Of a stretch of DNA of 64,000 bases, positions 1-11,675 are shown piece after piece. Below the pieces are notes generated by a model. The model made no database searches and was not told where the DNA came from. It worked only from the letters and a program-made list of their open reading frames with translations. The first letter of the stretch is position 1; every line of letters starts with the position of its first letter. The position numbers were made by a program, and so were the translations under genes. The DNA comes from an uncultured delta proteobacterium (GTDB lineage Bacteria; Myxococcota; Myxococcia; Myxococcales; Anaeromyxobacteraceae): contig CAWFDF010000008.1 in NCBI GenBank assembly GCA_963814585.1, positions 160,001 to 224,000 on the forward strand, written 5' to 3'.

Positions 1-475
1 GTTCGAGCACCTCCGGATCGTCGATCCAGATGGTGCCGACGCCGGCCTGGGCCAGCGCCACCAGCGCCGGCGTGGCCACCCCGCTGGCACCGACCATCCG
101 GATCCGGGCCGACATCAGCCGTTCCTGGCCCGCAGCCCCGAAGCCGGGGACCAGCAGCTGGCGCGCCCAGCGCGCGATCCGCTCGGCGTCGAGCTCCGGC
201 GCGCCGCCGGCGATGGCCGGCACCAGGCAGATCCGGTCTCCGTCGCGCACCGGCGTGGCCAGGCCGCCCAGCTCGCGCAGCTCCTCCTCGCCGAGGAACA
301 CGCCGACGTGGCGGCGCACCCGTCCGTCCTCGTCGAGGAGGCGCTGGCCGAGCCGCGGGTGGGCGTGCGCCACCTGGCGAAGCACCTCGCCGACGGTGGC
401 GCCGACCGCCGTGAGCTCGGCCTGGCCACCGGCCAGGTCGCGCAGCGGCGCGGGGACGGCGATGATCACGGGCAT
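1..475 (-). CDS. MoaD/ThiS-like ubiquitin-fold sulfur carrier fused to a ThiF/MoeB-like domain (3' end runs off the window)
   Basis: Hand translation from ATG at 475 (not in the ORF track): MPVIIAVPAPLRDLAGGQAELTAVGATVGEVL...RRHVGVFLGEEE...DGDRICLVPAIAGG, continuing without a stop into APELDAERIARWARQLLVPGFGAAGQERLMSARIRMVGASGVATPALVALAQAGVGTIWIDDPEVLE. Confidence 0.85.
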   Translation of the reverse strand, partial: MPVIIAVPAPLRDLAGGQAELTAVGATVGEVLRQVAHAHPRLGQRLLDEDGRVRRHVGVFLGEEELRELGGLATPVRDGDRICLVPAIAGGAPELDAERIARWARQLLVPGFGAAGQERLMSARIRMVGASGVATPALVALAQAGVGTIWIDDPEVLE

Positions 476-485
476 GGGCTCGGCC

Positions 486-764
486 TCACGGCAGGTCCAG
501 CGCCGCGCGCGGCGCCCCCTTCTCCAGCACCAACTCCCACGCGCCCGGACCCTGGTCCTCGAGCGGCTCCATCGAGACCACCCGGTGCCCCTCCTCCGCC
601 GCGCTGGCCGGGACGCTCCTCAGCGGCTCCCCCTCGCGCAGCAGCACCACCACGCGCTCGCCCGGCCCCACCCTCTCCAGCGCGATGCGGGTCTTCACCC
701 AGGTGATGGGGCAGCTGTCGAGCCGCACGTCGATCATCGCCGAGGCGATCCGGGGCGGCTTCAT
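486..764 (-). CDS. TusA/SirA-family sulfurtransferase
   Basis: IDVRLDSCPITWVKTRIALE resembles the TusA D-x-R-x-x-x-C-P motif; 92 aa; ATGA overlap with upstream moeB. Confidence 0.8.
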   Translation of the reverse strand: MKPPRIASAMIDVRLDSCPITWVKTRIALERVGPGERVVVLLREGEPLRSVPASAAEEGHRVVSMEPLEDQGPGAWELVLEKGAPRAALDLP

Positions 765-1497
765 GGCGCCGGTTCCCTGGCGGCCGGTGCGCAGGCGGCC
801 GGCCTGCTCGGCTCGAGCGGCTGCGTGCCGGCGCAGGCCGGACAGCCGGGGCGGCGCCGGACCAGCACCAGTCGGCCCCGGCCGGTGCGCGCCTCGAAGA
901 CCAGGAGCCGTCCGGCGTAGGCGCCGCGCTCGCCGGCCAGCAGGCGCAGCGCCTCGGCCCCATCAGGCCCCCGGCGAAGCCGGCCAGCGCGCCGACGATG
1001 CCCGCCTCGGCGCAGGAGGGGACCTGGCCGGGCGGTGGCGGCGCCTCGAAGAGGCAGCGGACACAGCCCGAGAAGCCGGGGACCACCGTGAGGATCTGGA
1101 GCGAGGTGCGCAGCACGCCGCCGTGGACCAGCGGCTTGCCGGCCCGGAGCGCGGCGTCGCTGGCGAGGAACTTGGTGGGGAAGTTGTCCGAGCCGTCGAG
1201 CAGCACGTCGACGCTCGAGGCCAGCTCGACCGCCTCCTCGGTGTCGAAGCGGCGCCCCAGGGGGACCGCCTGGAGCGCCGGGTGGAGCGCGCGCAGCCGG
1301 GCCGCCGCCACCGCGGCCTTGGGCTGGCCCAGGTCGGCCTCGCCGAAGAGCGGTTGGCGGTTGAGGTTGGAGGTCTCGACCACGTCGTCGTCGATCACCA
1401 GCAGCCGGCCGACACCGCCCGCCGCCAGCGCCAGCAGGGCCGGACCGCCGAGGCCACCCGCGCCGATCACCAGCGCGCTCTTGTTCGAGAGGTCCAT
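761..1497 (-). CDS. moeB: MoeB/ThiF adenylyltransferase (E1-like), with a 1-nt frameshift near 959
   Basis: GAGGLG, SNLNRQ, DGSDNF, CVRC and PSCAEAG motifs; after LMG the frame shifts and resumes as AEALRLLAG...RRRPGCPAC, ending in a TGA at 761-763 that overlaps the tusA ATG. Confidence 0.85.
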
Positions 1498-1577
1498 CCG
1501 GGCCCGGTCATAGCCCGCGTGCCGGGGTGGGGCAATGCCGAGGACCCGTGCGGAGGGACGGTGCCGGGCCTCGGCGC

Positions 1578-1952
1578 CTAGAACGACAGCGCCCGGCCCT
1601 GCTGCGCCAGGCGCCACAGCGACGGCAGCGGCTCCAGCCCGTCGAGCCTCGTGCGCACGGCCTCGGGCTCGAGCCCGGCCAGCCGCACCGCCGTCTCGCA
1701 GGCCACCACCCGCAGGCCCAGCTCGCGCCGGGCCTCGGCGAGCGTGGGCTCCAGCGGAGGGACGCGCGCCCCGCTGGTGGTCGGCGGCGCCCCCTCCTCG
1801 AAGCGGCCCTCGACGAAAGCGCGGAGCGGCTCGAAGGCCAGGACCAGCGTGACCGGGTCCCCCAGCGAGGCGGCGGTGACGCCGAGCATGACCGCCTGGT
1901 AGCGCTCCGGCCAGCCGCGGCCGGAGAGGAAGATGACGAGCGGTCGGGACAT
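1578..1952 (-). CDS. DsrE/DsrF-like protein
   Basis: 124 aa; LVIFLS...AVMLGVTAASLGDPVTLV...LAEARRELGLRVVACETA fits the DsrE fold; sulfur-relay context. Confidence 0.6.
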   Translation of the reverse strand: MSRPLVIFLSGRGWPERYQAVMLGVTAASLGDPVTLVLAFEPLRAFVEGRFEEGAPPTTSGARVPPLEPTLAEARRELGLRVVACETAVRLAGLEPEAVRTRLDGLEPLPSLWRLAQQGRALSF

Positions 1953-2027
1953 GGCGGGCCTCCGGGGGCGGCCATTCTACCTTCGAATGTCGCGCCGCCA
2001 TTTCGCCCCGGACGCGCTCGCCCGCGC

Positions 2028-2056
2028 TTGCAGCCACCCCGGGCCTCTGCTACATA
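2028..2056 (+). promoter_or_regulatory. putative sigma70 promoter of tRNA-Leu
   Basis: TTGCAG-N17-TACATA, ending 15 nt before the tRNA. Confidence 0.5.
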
Positions 2057-2071
2057 CCGACCCCGCTTCGA

Positions 2072-2153
2072 GCCCAGGTGGTGGAACTGGTAGACACACC
2101 ATCTTGAGGGGGTGGCGCCGTAAGGCGTGCGGGTTCGAATCCCGCCCTGGGCA
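2072..2153 (+). tRNA. tRNA-Leu(GAG), CCA not encoded
   Basis: GCCCAGG/CCTGGGC acceptor stem, D-loop GGTA, anticodon arm CCATC-TTGAGGG-GGTGG, long variable arm, GGTTCGAATCC T-arm. Confidence 0.95.
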
Positions 2154-2161
2154 ATCAAGCG

Positions 2162-2196
2162 AAAGGGACCCGGCCAGCGCCAGGTCCCTTTTTTCT
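2162..2196. terminator. bidirectional intrinsic terminator between tRNA-Leu and secG
   Basis: AAAGGGACC...GGTCCCTTT inverted repeat with a T-run, between convergent genes. Confidence 0.75.
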
Positions 2197-2217
2197 GCTC
2201 GCCGCCCGGCGGCTCGC

Positions 2218-2586
2218 CTACCTGGCGGGCGCGGGTGCGTGCGCGGGCGCAGGCGCCGCCGGGACGGGAGCCTGGGCCGGGGCGAACGGCGCGGCCGGGG
2301 CCGCCGGAGCCGGCGCGGTCGGGGCCGCCGCCTCAACGGCGTCGAGCACCGACTTGGTCTTCGACGAGTTGTAGGCCAGCGTGAGCGAGGTCAGCATGAA
2401 GATGAAGGCGCTGACGCTGGTCACCTTGCCGAGGAAGGTCTGGGCGCCGCGGCCGCCGAACACGGTCTGCGCGCCGGCGCCGCCGAAGGCGGCCCCCATT
2501 CCGCCGCCCTTGCCGGCCTGCAGCAGGATGATGAGGATGAGGAAGATGCAGACGAAGACGTGGAGGATGGTGACGATGGTGATCAA
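2218..2586 (-). CDS. secG: preprotein translocase subunit SecG
   Basis: [17 protein letters not shown] motif, two TM segments, follows tpiA. Confidence 0.95.
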   Translation of the reverse strand: MITIVTILHVFVCIFLILIILLQAGKGGGMGAAFGGAGAQTVFGGRGAQTFLGKVTSVSAFIFMLTSLTLAYNSSKTKSVLDAVEAAAPTAPAPAAPAAPFAPAQAPVPAAPAPAHAPAPAR

Positions 2587-3341
2587 CGGAGTGCACCTTT
2601 CACGATGGCGAGGAAGTCCTTCGCCTTGAGGCTGGCCCCGCCGACGAGCGCGCCGTCGACGTCGGCCTGGGACATGAGCTCGGCGGCGTTCTCGGGCTTC
2701 ACCGAGCCGCCGTACTGGATGCGGATGGAGTCGGCCATCGCCCCGCCCAGCTCGCGGAGGATGGCCCGAATGGCCGCGTGGACCTCCTGCGCCTGCGCCG
2801 TGGTGGCGGTCTTGCCGGTCCCGATGGCCCAGACCGGCTCGTAGGCCAGCGTGACGGCGGCCAGGGCCCCAGCGGGCAGCCCGGCCAGCCCGCCGCGCAC
2901 CTGCCGGCCGACCACCTCGAGGGTCTTGCCCGCCTCGCGCTCGGCCAGCAGCTCGCCGACGCAGACGATGGGGCGCAAGCCGGCGTCCAGCACCGCGCCC
3001 ACCTTCTTGCGGACCGTCTCGTCGGTCTCGCCGAAGAGCTGCCGACGCTCGCTGTGGCCGACGATGACGTGCGTGACGCCCACGTCGGCGAGCTGCGGCG
3101 CCGAGACCTCTCCGGTGAAGGCGCCCTGCGCCTCCCAGTGGACGTCCTGCGCGGCCAGCTGGATGGGCGACCCGGCCAGCGCCTGGGCCACCGCCGGCAG
3201 CGACGTGAAGACCGGCGCCACCGCCACCTGGACGCGCGCGTCGCCGGCCAGGCCCTCCGACAGCTCCTTCACCAGCGCGGCGGCCTCGGCCACCGTCTTG
3301 TGCATCTTCCAGTTGCCGCAGACGAACTTCTGGCGCGCCAT
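2583..3341 (-). CDS. tpiA: triosephosphate isomerase
   Basis: [30 protein letters not shown] motifs. Confidence 0.98.
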   Translation of the reverse strand: MARQKFVCGNWKMHKTVAEAAALVKELSEGLAGDARVQVAVAPVFTSLPAVAQALAGSPIQLAAQDVHWEAQGAFTGEVSAPQLADVGVTHVIVGHSERRQLFGETDETVRKKVGAVLDAGLRPIVCVGELLAEREAGKTLEVVGRQVRGGLAGLPAGALAAVTLAYEPVWAIGTGKTATTAQAQEVHAAIRAILRELGGAMADSIRIQYGGSVKPENAAELMSQADVDGALVGGASLKAKDFLAIVKGALR

Positions 3342-3343
3342 GG

Positions 3344-4534
<1,191 letters not shown>

Positions 4535-4558
4535 GGGCCTCCCTCCGGGACCGGACGG

Positions 4559-5566
<1,008 letters not shown>

Positions 5567-5608
5567 GTCAGGGTCCTCCCCCCGCAGGGGTCAAGAATTG
5601 GGGGGGCC

Positions 5609-5637
5609 AAGCTACTTGCAGCGCCCTGGGGTGTCAA
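5609..5637 (-). promoter_or_regulatory. sigma70-type promoter of the gap-pgk-tpiA-secG operon
   Basis: Minus strand reads TTGACA-N17-TAGCTT, about 40 nt upstream of the gap ATG; GGAGG SD before the ATG. Confidence 0.65.
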
Positions 5638-5667
5638 CGTCGACTCCGGGCGCTTCCGGGGTCCCAA

Positions 5668-5700
5668 GAAGGAGGACGGCGCCCAGGGGGGCGCCGTCCC
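5668..5700 (-). terminator. putative terminator downstream of the small 5746-5958 gene
   Basis: GGACGGCGCCC/GGGCGCCGTCC hairpin followed on the minus strand by a T/C-rich tract. Confidence 0.5.
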
Positions 5701-5745
5701 GTTGCTGGTGCCACTGGCCTCGGAGTCGAGTCGCGACCGGACGAC

Positions 5746-5958
5746 CTACAGCGCCGCCCGCCACCCCTCGCTCGGCGGCGCGTCGACGGCCGTGAGGTGC
5801 GGCTCCTGACCCGACTTGAGGTCCTTGGTGACGAGATCGATCAGCTCGGTCGAGAGCCCCAGGATCTGGTTCGGCGTGTAGCCACTGCCGCGCAGCTCCT
5901 TGAAGAGCGTCTTGGCGAGGATCTGTGTTCCCTTGGCGTCGAGCTTGGCGGGTATCAT
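5746..5958 (-). CDS. small hypothetical protein (~70 aa)
   Basis: MIPAKLDAKGTQILAKTLFKELRGSGYTPNQILGLSTELIDLVTKDL; typical high-GC3 codon usage; GGAG SD upstream of ATG 5958. Confidence 0.7.
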   Translation of the reverse strand: MIPAKLDAKGTQILAKTLFKELRGSGYTPNQILGLSTELIDLVTKDLKSGQEPHLTAVDAPPSEGWRAAL

Positions 5959-6196
5959 GGGGTCTCCAGAGCGCGCGAGCAGCCGCGGTGGGTGCGACGA
6001 CAGGCACCAAAGCAAGCTGCGGACCAATCGGGGCATGGACGCGTTCGGGCCTGATATCGATGGGTTGCCGATCGGGGCGGGTCCCCTGTAGGCTGCTCGG
6101 TGCGTAGGTGCTTACGCGAAACGCCCGTTGTGCCGTGTTCATGGTGCGTACCGGGCTTCACGCCTCCCCGACCTCCCGCTGCCCGTGAACCACGCG

Positions 6197-7789
6197 ATGC
6201 GCTACCGGATCCAGAACCTCCCCCACTGGCTCGACGAGGACGACGAGGTCCTGCTGCGGCGGGCCGCCGAGCGGCTCTCGCTCCAGCCCTCCGACCTGCG
6301 CGACGTGGTGGTGCTGCGCCGCTCGCTCGACGCGCGGAAGAAGGGGCACGCCCGCTGGCTGGTGAGCCTCGAGGTGTCGCTGGAGGGCCCGCTCGCCTCG
6401 CCTCCCGCCGAGGTGCTGCCCGTCCCGGCCTCGGCGCCGCCGCCCACGCCCGTCCGGCCCCCGGCCGCCCGCCCCGTCATCCTGGGCGCCGGACCGGCCG
6501 GCCTCTTCTGTGCCTGGGGCCTGCTGGAGCGCGGGGTCCCCTCGATCGTCGTCGACCGGGGCCGGACCGTCGGCCCGCGCCGGCGCGACGTGGCCGCGCT
6601 GATGCGCGACGGCTCGCTCGACCCCGAGTCGAACATGAACTTCGGCGAGGGGGGCGCCGGGGCCTACACCGACGGGAAGCTCGGCACCGGCATCCACCAC
6701 CCCGCGGTCCGGACCGTGGTCGAGCTCTTCGCCCGGTTCGGCGGCGTGACCCGGATCCTCGCCGAGGGGAAGCCCCACGTGGGCTCCGACGTGCTGCCCT
6801 CCGCCATCTCGGCCATGGTGGAGGAGCTGACCCGGGGTGGCTGCGAGTTCCACTGGGGCGCGCGCGCCGTCGACATCGAGCTGCGCGGGGGGCGCTTCAG
6901 CGGGGTGCGCCTCGCCGACGGCCGGACGCTCGAGTCGGACCGGCTGGTGCTCGCTCCCGGCAACTCGGCGCGCGAGCTCTTCGAGCTCTTCGCCGCGCGA
7001 GGCTGGCCCATCGAGGCCAAGCCCTTCGCGGCCGGCTTCCGCGCCGAGCACCCGCAGCCGCTCATCGACTCGATCCAGTACGGCAGCGCCAGCCGCCACC
7101 CTCGCCTCCCCCCGGCCGACTACAAGCTGGCCGACAACCCCAGGCTGGGAGGCGCGCCGCGCGGCGTCTTCTCCTTCTGCATGTGCCCCGGCGGCGTGGT
7201 GGTGCCGACCCCCACCGAGCCGGAGATGCAGTGCACCAACGGCATGTCCAACTCCCGGCGCTCCTCCCCGCTCGCCAACGCCGGCATCGTGGTGGCGGTC
7301 TCGCCCGGCGACTTCGCCGCCGAGGGCTTCACCGGTCCGCTGGCGGGGCTGGCGTGGCAGCGGAAGTGGGAGCGGGCCGCCTACCGGCTCGGTGGCGGCG
7401 GGTTCCGGGCGCCGGCGCAGCGGCTCTCCGCCTGGCTGGCCGGCAGGCCGGGCGCGGCGCCGGGGCGCTCGAGCTACCGGCCCGGGCTGACCCACGCCGA
7501 CCTCGAGCCGCTCTACCCGGCCGCCGTGAAGGAGGCCCTGCGCGCCGGCCTGCGCGCCTTCGACAGGCGGATGCGCGGCTTCGTCACCGACGAGGCGGTG
7601 CTGATCGGCGTGGAGACCAGGACCAGCGCTCCCTGCCGGCTGCTGCGAGGCGCCGACCTGCAGTCGCCATCCTTGCGTGGCGTCTACCCGTGCGGCGAGG
7701 GGGCCGGTTACGCGGGCGGCATCGTGTCGTCGGCGGTGGACGGGATCAGGGTGGCCGAGGCCATCGCGGCCGAGCTGGGGCCGGCGTGA
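6197..7789 (+). CDS. FAD-dependent oxidoreductase (COG2509-like)
   Basis: GAGPAG Rossmann motif, FGEGGAG, FCMCPGG, GVETRTS, YPCGEGAGYAGGI. Confidence 0.9.
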   Translation: MRYRIQNLPHWLDEDDEVLLRRAAERLSLQPSDLRDVVVLRRSLDARKKGHARWLVSLEVSLEGPLASPPAEVLPVPASAPPPTPVRPPAARPVILGAGPAGLFCAWGLLERGVPSIVVDRGRTVGPRRRDVAALMRDGSLDPESNMNFGEGGAGAYTDGKLGTGIHHPAVRTVVELFARFGGVTRILAEGKPHVGSDVLPSAISAMVEELTRGGCEFHWGARAVDIELRGGRFSGVRLADGRTLESDRLVLAPGNSARELFELFAARGWPIEAKPFAAGFRAEHPQPLIDSIQYGSASRHPRLPPADYKLADNPRLGGAPRGVFSFCMCPGGVVVPTPTEPEMQCTNGMSNSRRSSPLANAGIVVAVSPGDFAAEGFTGPLAGLAWQRKWERAAYRLGGGGFRAPAQRLSAWLAGRPGAAPGRSSYRPGLTHADLEPLYPAAVKEALRAGLRAFDRRMRGFVTDEAVLIGVETRTSAPCRLLRGADLQSPSLRGVYPCGEGAGYAGGIVSSAVDGIRVAEAIAAELGPA

Positions 7790-7797
7790 GGGGAGGC

Positions 7798-8061
7798 ATG
7801 CGCTACCAGGTCCGCGACAGCCAGGGGCGCGAGCTGACGGTGCCGTCGCTCGACGACCTGCACGCGCTCTACGATCAGGGCTTCCTCGACGACGAGGACC
7901 TGGTCCGGCAGGAGCGGGGCGAGCGCTGGGTGAAGGCCGGCGCCATGCCGGCCCTGGCGGGAGCCCGTCACCGGAGGGCCGGGCCCCGCTGGATCCTGGT
8001 GGTCCTGGCGGCCGCGGTGGCCCTGGCGGCGGCGATCGGCCTGATGCTGGCGGGCCGGTAG
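7798..8061 (+). CDS. small membrane-anchored hypothetical protein (GYF_2-like N-terminus plus C-terminal TM)
   Basis: GGAGG SD then MRYQVRDSQGRELTVPSLDDLHALYDQGFLDDEDLVRQE...RWVKAG; hydrophobic C-terminus. Confidence 0.65.
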   Translation: MRYQVRDSQGRELTVPSLDDLHALYDQGFLDDEDLVRQERGERWVKAGAMPALAGARHRRAGPRWILVVLAAAVALAAAIGLMLAGR

Positions 8062-8083
8062 CGGCCCGGGCGGGGGAGCGATC

Positions 8084-8437
8084 TCAGCGGCCGTAGTCGT
8101 CCTGCACCCGGACCACGTCCTCGACCTCGGGCGTGGAGACCTCCCAGACGTCGACGTCGGTGATGGCGCGCATCCGGTGGACCGTGCCCGGTCGGACCCG
8201 GTAGCTCTGGCCGACCTGCATGGGGTGGTCGACCAGCCGGCCGCCCTCCTGGAGCACCAGCACCATCTGGCCGGCGGCGAGGTGGATCGTCTCGTCCTTC
8301 TTCACGTGGTACTGGAGCGAGAGCTGGAAGCCGGCCTTCACGTGGAGCAGCTTGCCCACGTACTTCTCCGACTGGGCCCACCAGAGCTCGTGGCCCCATG
8401 GCTTCTCGACGCGCTTCGGCACCTCGAACGGGCTCAT
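8084..8437 (-). CDS. cupin domain protein (mannose-6-phosphate isomerase-like)
   Basis: VEKPWGHE, LSLQYH...KDET, PGTVHRM, EVSTPE...DVVRVQDDYGR. Confidence 0.85.
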   Translation of the reverse strand: MSPFEVPKRVEKPWGHELWWAQSEKYVGKLLHVKAGFQLSLQYHVKKDETIHLAAGQMVLVLQEGGRLVDHPMQVGQSYRVRPGTVHRMRAITDVDVWEVSTPEVEDVVRVQDDYGR

Positions 8438-8448
8438 GGCGGCCGACT

Positions 8449-9075
8449 CTACCTGGGGCGGATGGTGACGACCATCCCCTTGGCGCTGGTGCGGCCGGCC
8501 AGGGTCCTGAGCAGCTTCTCCGCCTCGGCGCGGGTCTCCAGCGAGCCGACCCGGACCCGGTAGACGCGCCCCTTGCCGGTCACCTCGGCGGACTCCACGC
8601 GCGGGTCGAACTCATGCAGCTTGCCGGCCAGCTTGTCGGCCTCGGCCCGGCTGGTGGTGGAGACCAGCTGCACGGCGAAGCTGCCGGCGGTGGGCGCCGG
8701 GGTGGGCGCGGCCGCTGGCGGGGCGGCGGCCGGCGTGGCCGGCGGCGCCACGGTGGACGGGGGAGGCGAGGCAGGCGCGATCCTGGCGGGCGGGTCCTCG
8801 GCGGGCGGCGGGCGGTCCCGGGTGAGCCGGTCGTGGAAGGTGAGGGCCTCGTCGGAGATCGGCCCGGCGGGCGACGGGGGCGGCCGATCCAGCGCCGCCA
8901 GCGCGTCGCCGCGAGTCGCCTCGATCTGCTTCACCGCCAGCTGCCGGCCCAGGTTGAGGCCGAGCACGAAGATCACGCCGAGGAGCACCAGCGCCCCGAC
9001 CACGATCGACGCGATCTGGCGGCCGTCGAGCGCCAGCTCGATCCGCTCCTTCACCCTCACGTTCCCGACGTCCAT
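8449..9075 (-). CDS. SPOR domain membrane protein
   Basis: N-terminal TM, Pro/Ala linker, FAVQLVS...YRVRVG SPOR motif; downstream of argS. Confidence 0.85.
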   Translation of the reverse strand: MDVGNVRVKERIELALDGRQIASIVVGALVLLGVIFVLGLNLGRQLAVKQIEATRGDALAALDRPPPSPAGPISDEALTFHDRLTRDRPPPAEDPPARIAPASPPPSTVAPPATPAAAPPAAAPTPAPTAGSFAVQLVSTTSRAEADKLAGKLHEFDPRVESAEVTGKGRVYRVRVGSLETRAEAEKLLRTLAGRTSAKGMVVTIRPR

Positions 9076-9133
9076 GGCCACCCGCCTGCCGGTCGCGGGC
9101 CCCTCGCCCGCGCCACCGACGCTGGCGGCGAGT

Positions 9134-10939
9134 CTAGGCCTCGGCGCCGATATCGCCAGTTTCCGGAAGCTCCATCCGCTCGGGCGCCGAGACCCCCAGC
9201 ACCGCGAGCCCGTTGGCCAGCACCTGCGCCAGGCCCCGGCAGAGGAAGAGGCGCGCCCGGGTGCGTGCCGGATCGCTCCCCAGCACCCGCTCGCCCGTCC
9301 GCTTCCCCTGCGTGTACCAGGAGTGGAAGGCCGCGATGGTCTCCTGCAGGTAGAAGACCACCCGGTGGGGCTCGAAGGCGGACGCCGCGCCGGCCAGCAT
9401 GTCGGGGAAGGCGGCGATGCGGCGGACCAGGTCGAGCTCCTCGGGTACGGTGAGCATCCGCGCCTCGTCCAGATCGAAGGCCGGCAGGTCCACGCCGCTC
9501 TCGGCCGCCTTGCGGAAGATGGCGTGGAGGCGGGCGTGGCCGTACTGGACGTAGAAGACCGGGTTGTCCAGGGTCTGCCTCTTGGCCAGCTCGAGGTCGA
9601 AGTCGAGCGGCGCATCGGAGCGGCGGGTCAGGAAGATGTAGCGGGTGGCGTCGCAGCCCACCTCGTCGACCACCTCGCGCAGCCAGACCACGTTGCCGGA
9701 CCGCTTCCCCATCTTCACGGCCTCGCCGCCGCGGGTCAGGTTGACCATCTGGATGAGGACCACGTGCAGGTCGTCGCGCGAGTGGCCCAGCGCCTCCAGG
9801 GCGGCCTTGAGCCGGGGCACGTAGCCGCCGTGGTCGGCGCCCAGCACGTCGACGAGCAGGTCGGCCCGCTGCCGCTTCTCCCAGTGGTAGGCGATGTCGG
9901 CGCAGAAGTAGGTGGGCGTGCCGTCGGCCTTCTTGACCGGGCGATCCACCTCGTCGCCGTAGCTCGACGACCGGAAGAGCGTGAGCAGGTCGGTGGCGGC
10001 GATCCCCTCCTCGTCCGGCCCGGCCGGCGCCGGCGGGGGCGCCGCCTCGCCCTTCCTCGACTTGGGAGGCGGGAGCTGGCCCTGGTAGACGAGGTCGCGG
10101 GCCTCCAGGTCCTTGACGAACCGCTCCACCGTCCCCGACTCGTAGAGCGCCTTCTCCGAGGTCCAGCGGTCGAACTGGATCTGGATGGCCCCCAGGTCGC
10201 CGCGGATCATGCCGAGCACGTGCTGGACGGCCCGGTCCCTGAAGAGCGCCAGCCACTCCGCCTCGGGCGCGTCGAGGTAGCGCGTGCCGAGCTCGCCCGC
10301 CAGCCCGGCGGCGATCTCCCGCACGTACTCGCCCGGGTAGGCCTTGGCCGGGAACTCGACGGTGCGCCCCAGCGCCTCCTGGTAGCGGAGGTGGACCGAG
10401 CGGGCCAGCGTCTGGACCTGGGCCCCGTAGTCGTTGACGTAGTACTCGCGGGTCACGTCGTAGCCGGCCCAGCGGAGCAGGCTCTGCACGCCGTCGCCGG
10501 TGACGGCGTTGCGGCCGTGGCCGACGTGCATGGGACCGGTGGGATTGGCCGAGACGTACTCGACGATGACCTTCTTCCCCTGCCCGGCCGTGGTGCGGCC
10601 GTACCGATCACCCGCCGTCACGGCCCGCTCCAGCGCGCGCAGCCAGAGATCCGGGTTCAGCCGGAGGTTGATGAACCCCGGCCCCGCCACCTCGAGCGAG
10701 GCGAGGTCGCCGGCGGCGTCCACCTCGCGGAGGGCCCCGATGATGGCGTCGGCCAGCTGCCGGGGCGGCTGGCCGGCTCGCCGGGCCAGCACCATGGCGG
10801 CGTTGACGGCGAAGTCCCCGTGCCTGGGGTCCCGGGGCGCGTCGACGCTGAAGCCGACGTCGCCCTCCGGCCACTTCCCCTCGGCGGCGCCGCGGGCCAG
10901 CGCGGCGCGGACCAGCTCGATGACGCGTTCACGGACCAT
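9134..10939 (-). CDS. argS: arginine--tRNA ligase
   Basis: VEYVSANPTGPMHVGHGR (HIGH-like), GADHGGY, KMGKRSG, NPVFYVQYGHAR. Confidence 0.97.
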   Translation of the reverse strand: MVRERVIELVRAALARGAAEGKWPEGDVGFSVDAPRDPRHGDFAVNAAMVLARRAGQPPRQLADAIIGALREVDAAGDLASLEVAGPGFINLRLNPDLWLRALERAVTAGDRYGRTTAGQGKKVIVEYVSANPTGPMHVGHGRNAVTGDGVQSLLRWAGYDVTREYYVNDYGAQVQTLARSVHLRYQEALGRTVEFPAKAYPGEYVREIAAGLAGELGTRYLDAPEAEWLALFRDRAVQHVLGMIRGDLGAIQIQFDRWTSEKALYESGTVERFVKDLEARDLVYQGQLPPPKSRKGEAAPPPAPAGPDEEGIAATDLLTLFRSSSYGDEVDRPVKKADGTPTYFCADIAYHWEKRQRADLLVDVLGADHGGYVPRLKAALEALGHSRDDLHVVLIQMVNLTRGGEAVKMGKRSGNVVWLREVVDEVGCDATRYIFLTRRSDAPLDFDLELAKRQTLDNPVFYVQYGHARLHAIFRKAAESGVDLPAFDLDEARMLTVPEELDLVRRIAAFPDMLAGAASAFEPHRVVFYLQETIAAFHSWYTQGKRTGERVLGSDPARTRARLFLCRGLAQVLANGLAVLGVSAPERMELPETGDIGAEA

Positions 10940-11050
10940 GAAGCGCCCGGTTCTACCGGCTGGCTGCCCGGGGCCGCAAGCGCCGGCCGTCGGGATGGTG
11001 CCGGCCGAGGAAAAATGGACGGGACCTGCTCCCCCGGTAGCATCGCGCCG

Positions 11051-11659
11051 ATGGCCTCGCCCCGGATCCTCCTCCTGGTCACCGCCGCGCTCACCGGCGC
11101 CTGCGCCGCCGCGCCACCCCGGCCGGTCTCCCCCGCCAGCGCGGCCGCCACGGCCGGGCCTCCGGCCCCGGTCCGACCCGCCGATCCGGCCGCGGCCCGC
11201 CGTGCGGTCGAGACCGCCCGTTCCCTGGCCGGCCGCAAGGAGATCGTGGTGGGCGGCGTCAGCTTCGGCGACGGCTGCGCGGCCCTGGTCCGGGCCGCCT
11301 ACCAGCAGGCCGGCCGGCAGCTGCCCGCCAGCGCCGCCGACGTGCCGTCGCTCCACGCGCTGGCCAGGGCCGGAGGCCTGCTCCGCCGCGCCCGCCCGGC
11401 CCCCGGCGACCTGGTCTTCCTCTCCGACCGGCCCGGCGGCCAGGCCGAGCACGTCGGCCTGGTGGAGAAGGTCGGCACGGGTGGAACGGTCACCCTGCTG
11501 CACCGGACCGGACGCGGCGTGGCCCGGGTGCGCGTCAACGCCGGCCAGCCGTGGAAGGCTCGCGGCGACGACGGACAGATCCTCAACGACGTGCTGGTGG
11601 TCGGCGGCGGTCGGGTCTCGGCCGGCCGGCTGCTGGTCGCCTACGCCACGCTGCTCTGA
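11051..11659 (+). CDS. NlpC/P60 (CHAP-like) lipoprotein
   Basis: Lipobox LTGAC; DGCAALV (catalytic Cys region), PGDLVF, HVGLV. Confidence 0.7.
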   Translation: MASPRILLLVTAALTGACAAAPPRPVSPASAAATAGPPAPVRPADPAAARRAVETARSLAGRKEIVVGGVSFGDGCAALVRAAYQQAGRQLPASAADVPSLHALARAGGLLRRARPAPGDLVFLSDRPGGQAEHVGLVEKVGTGGTVTLLHRTGRGVARVRVNAGQPWKARGDDGQILNDVLVVGGGRVSAGRLLVAYATLL

Positions 11660-11675
11660 TCGGCCCCGGGCTCCG

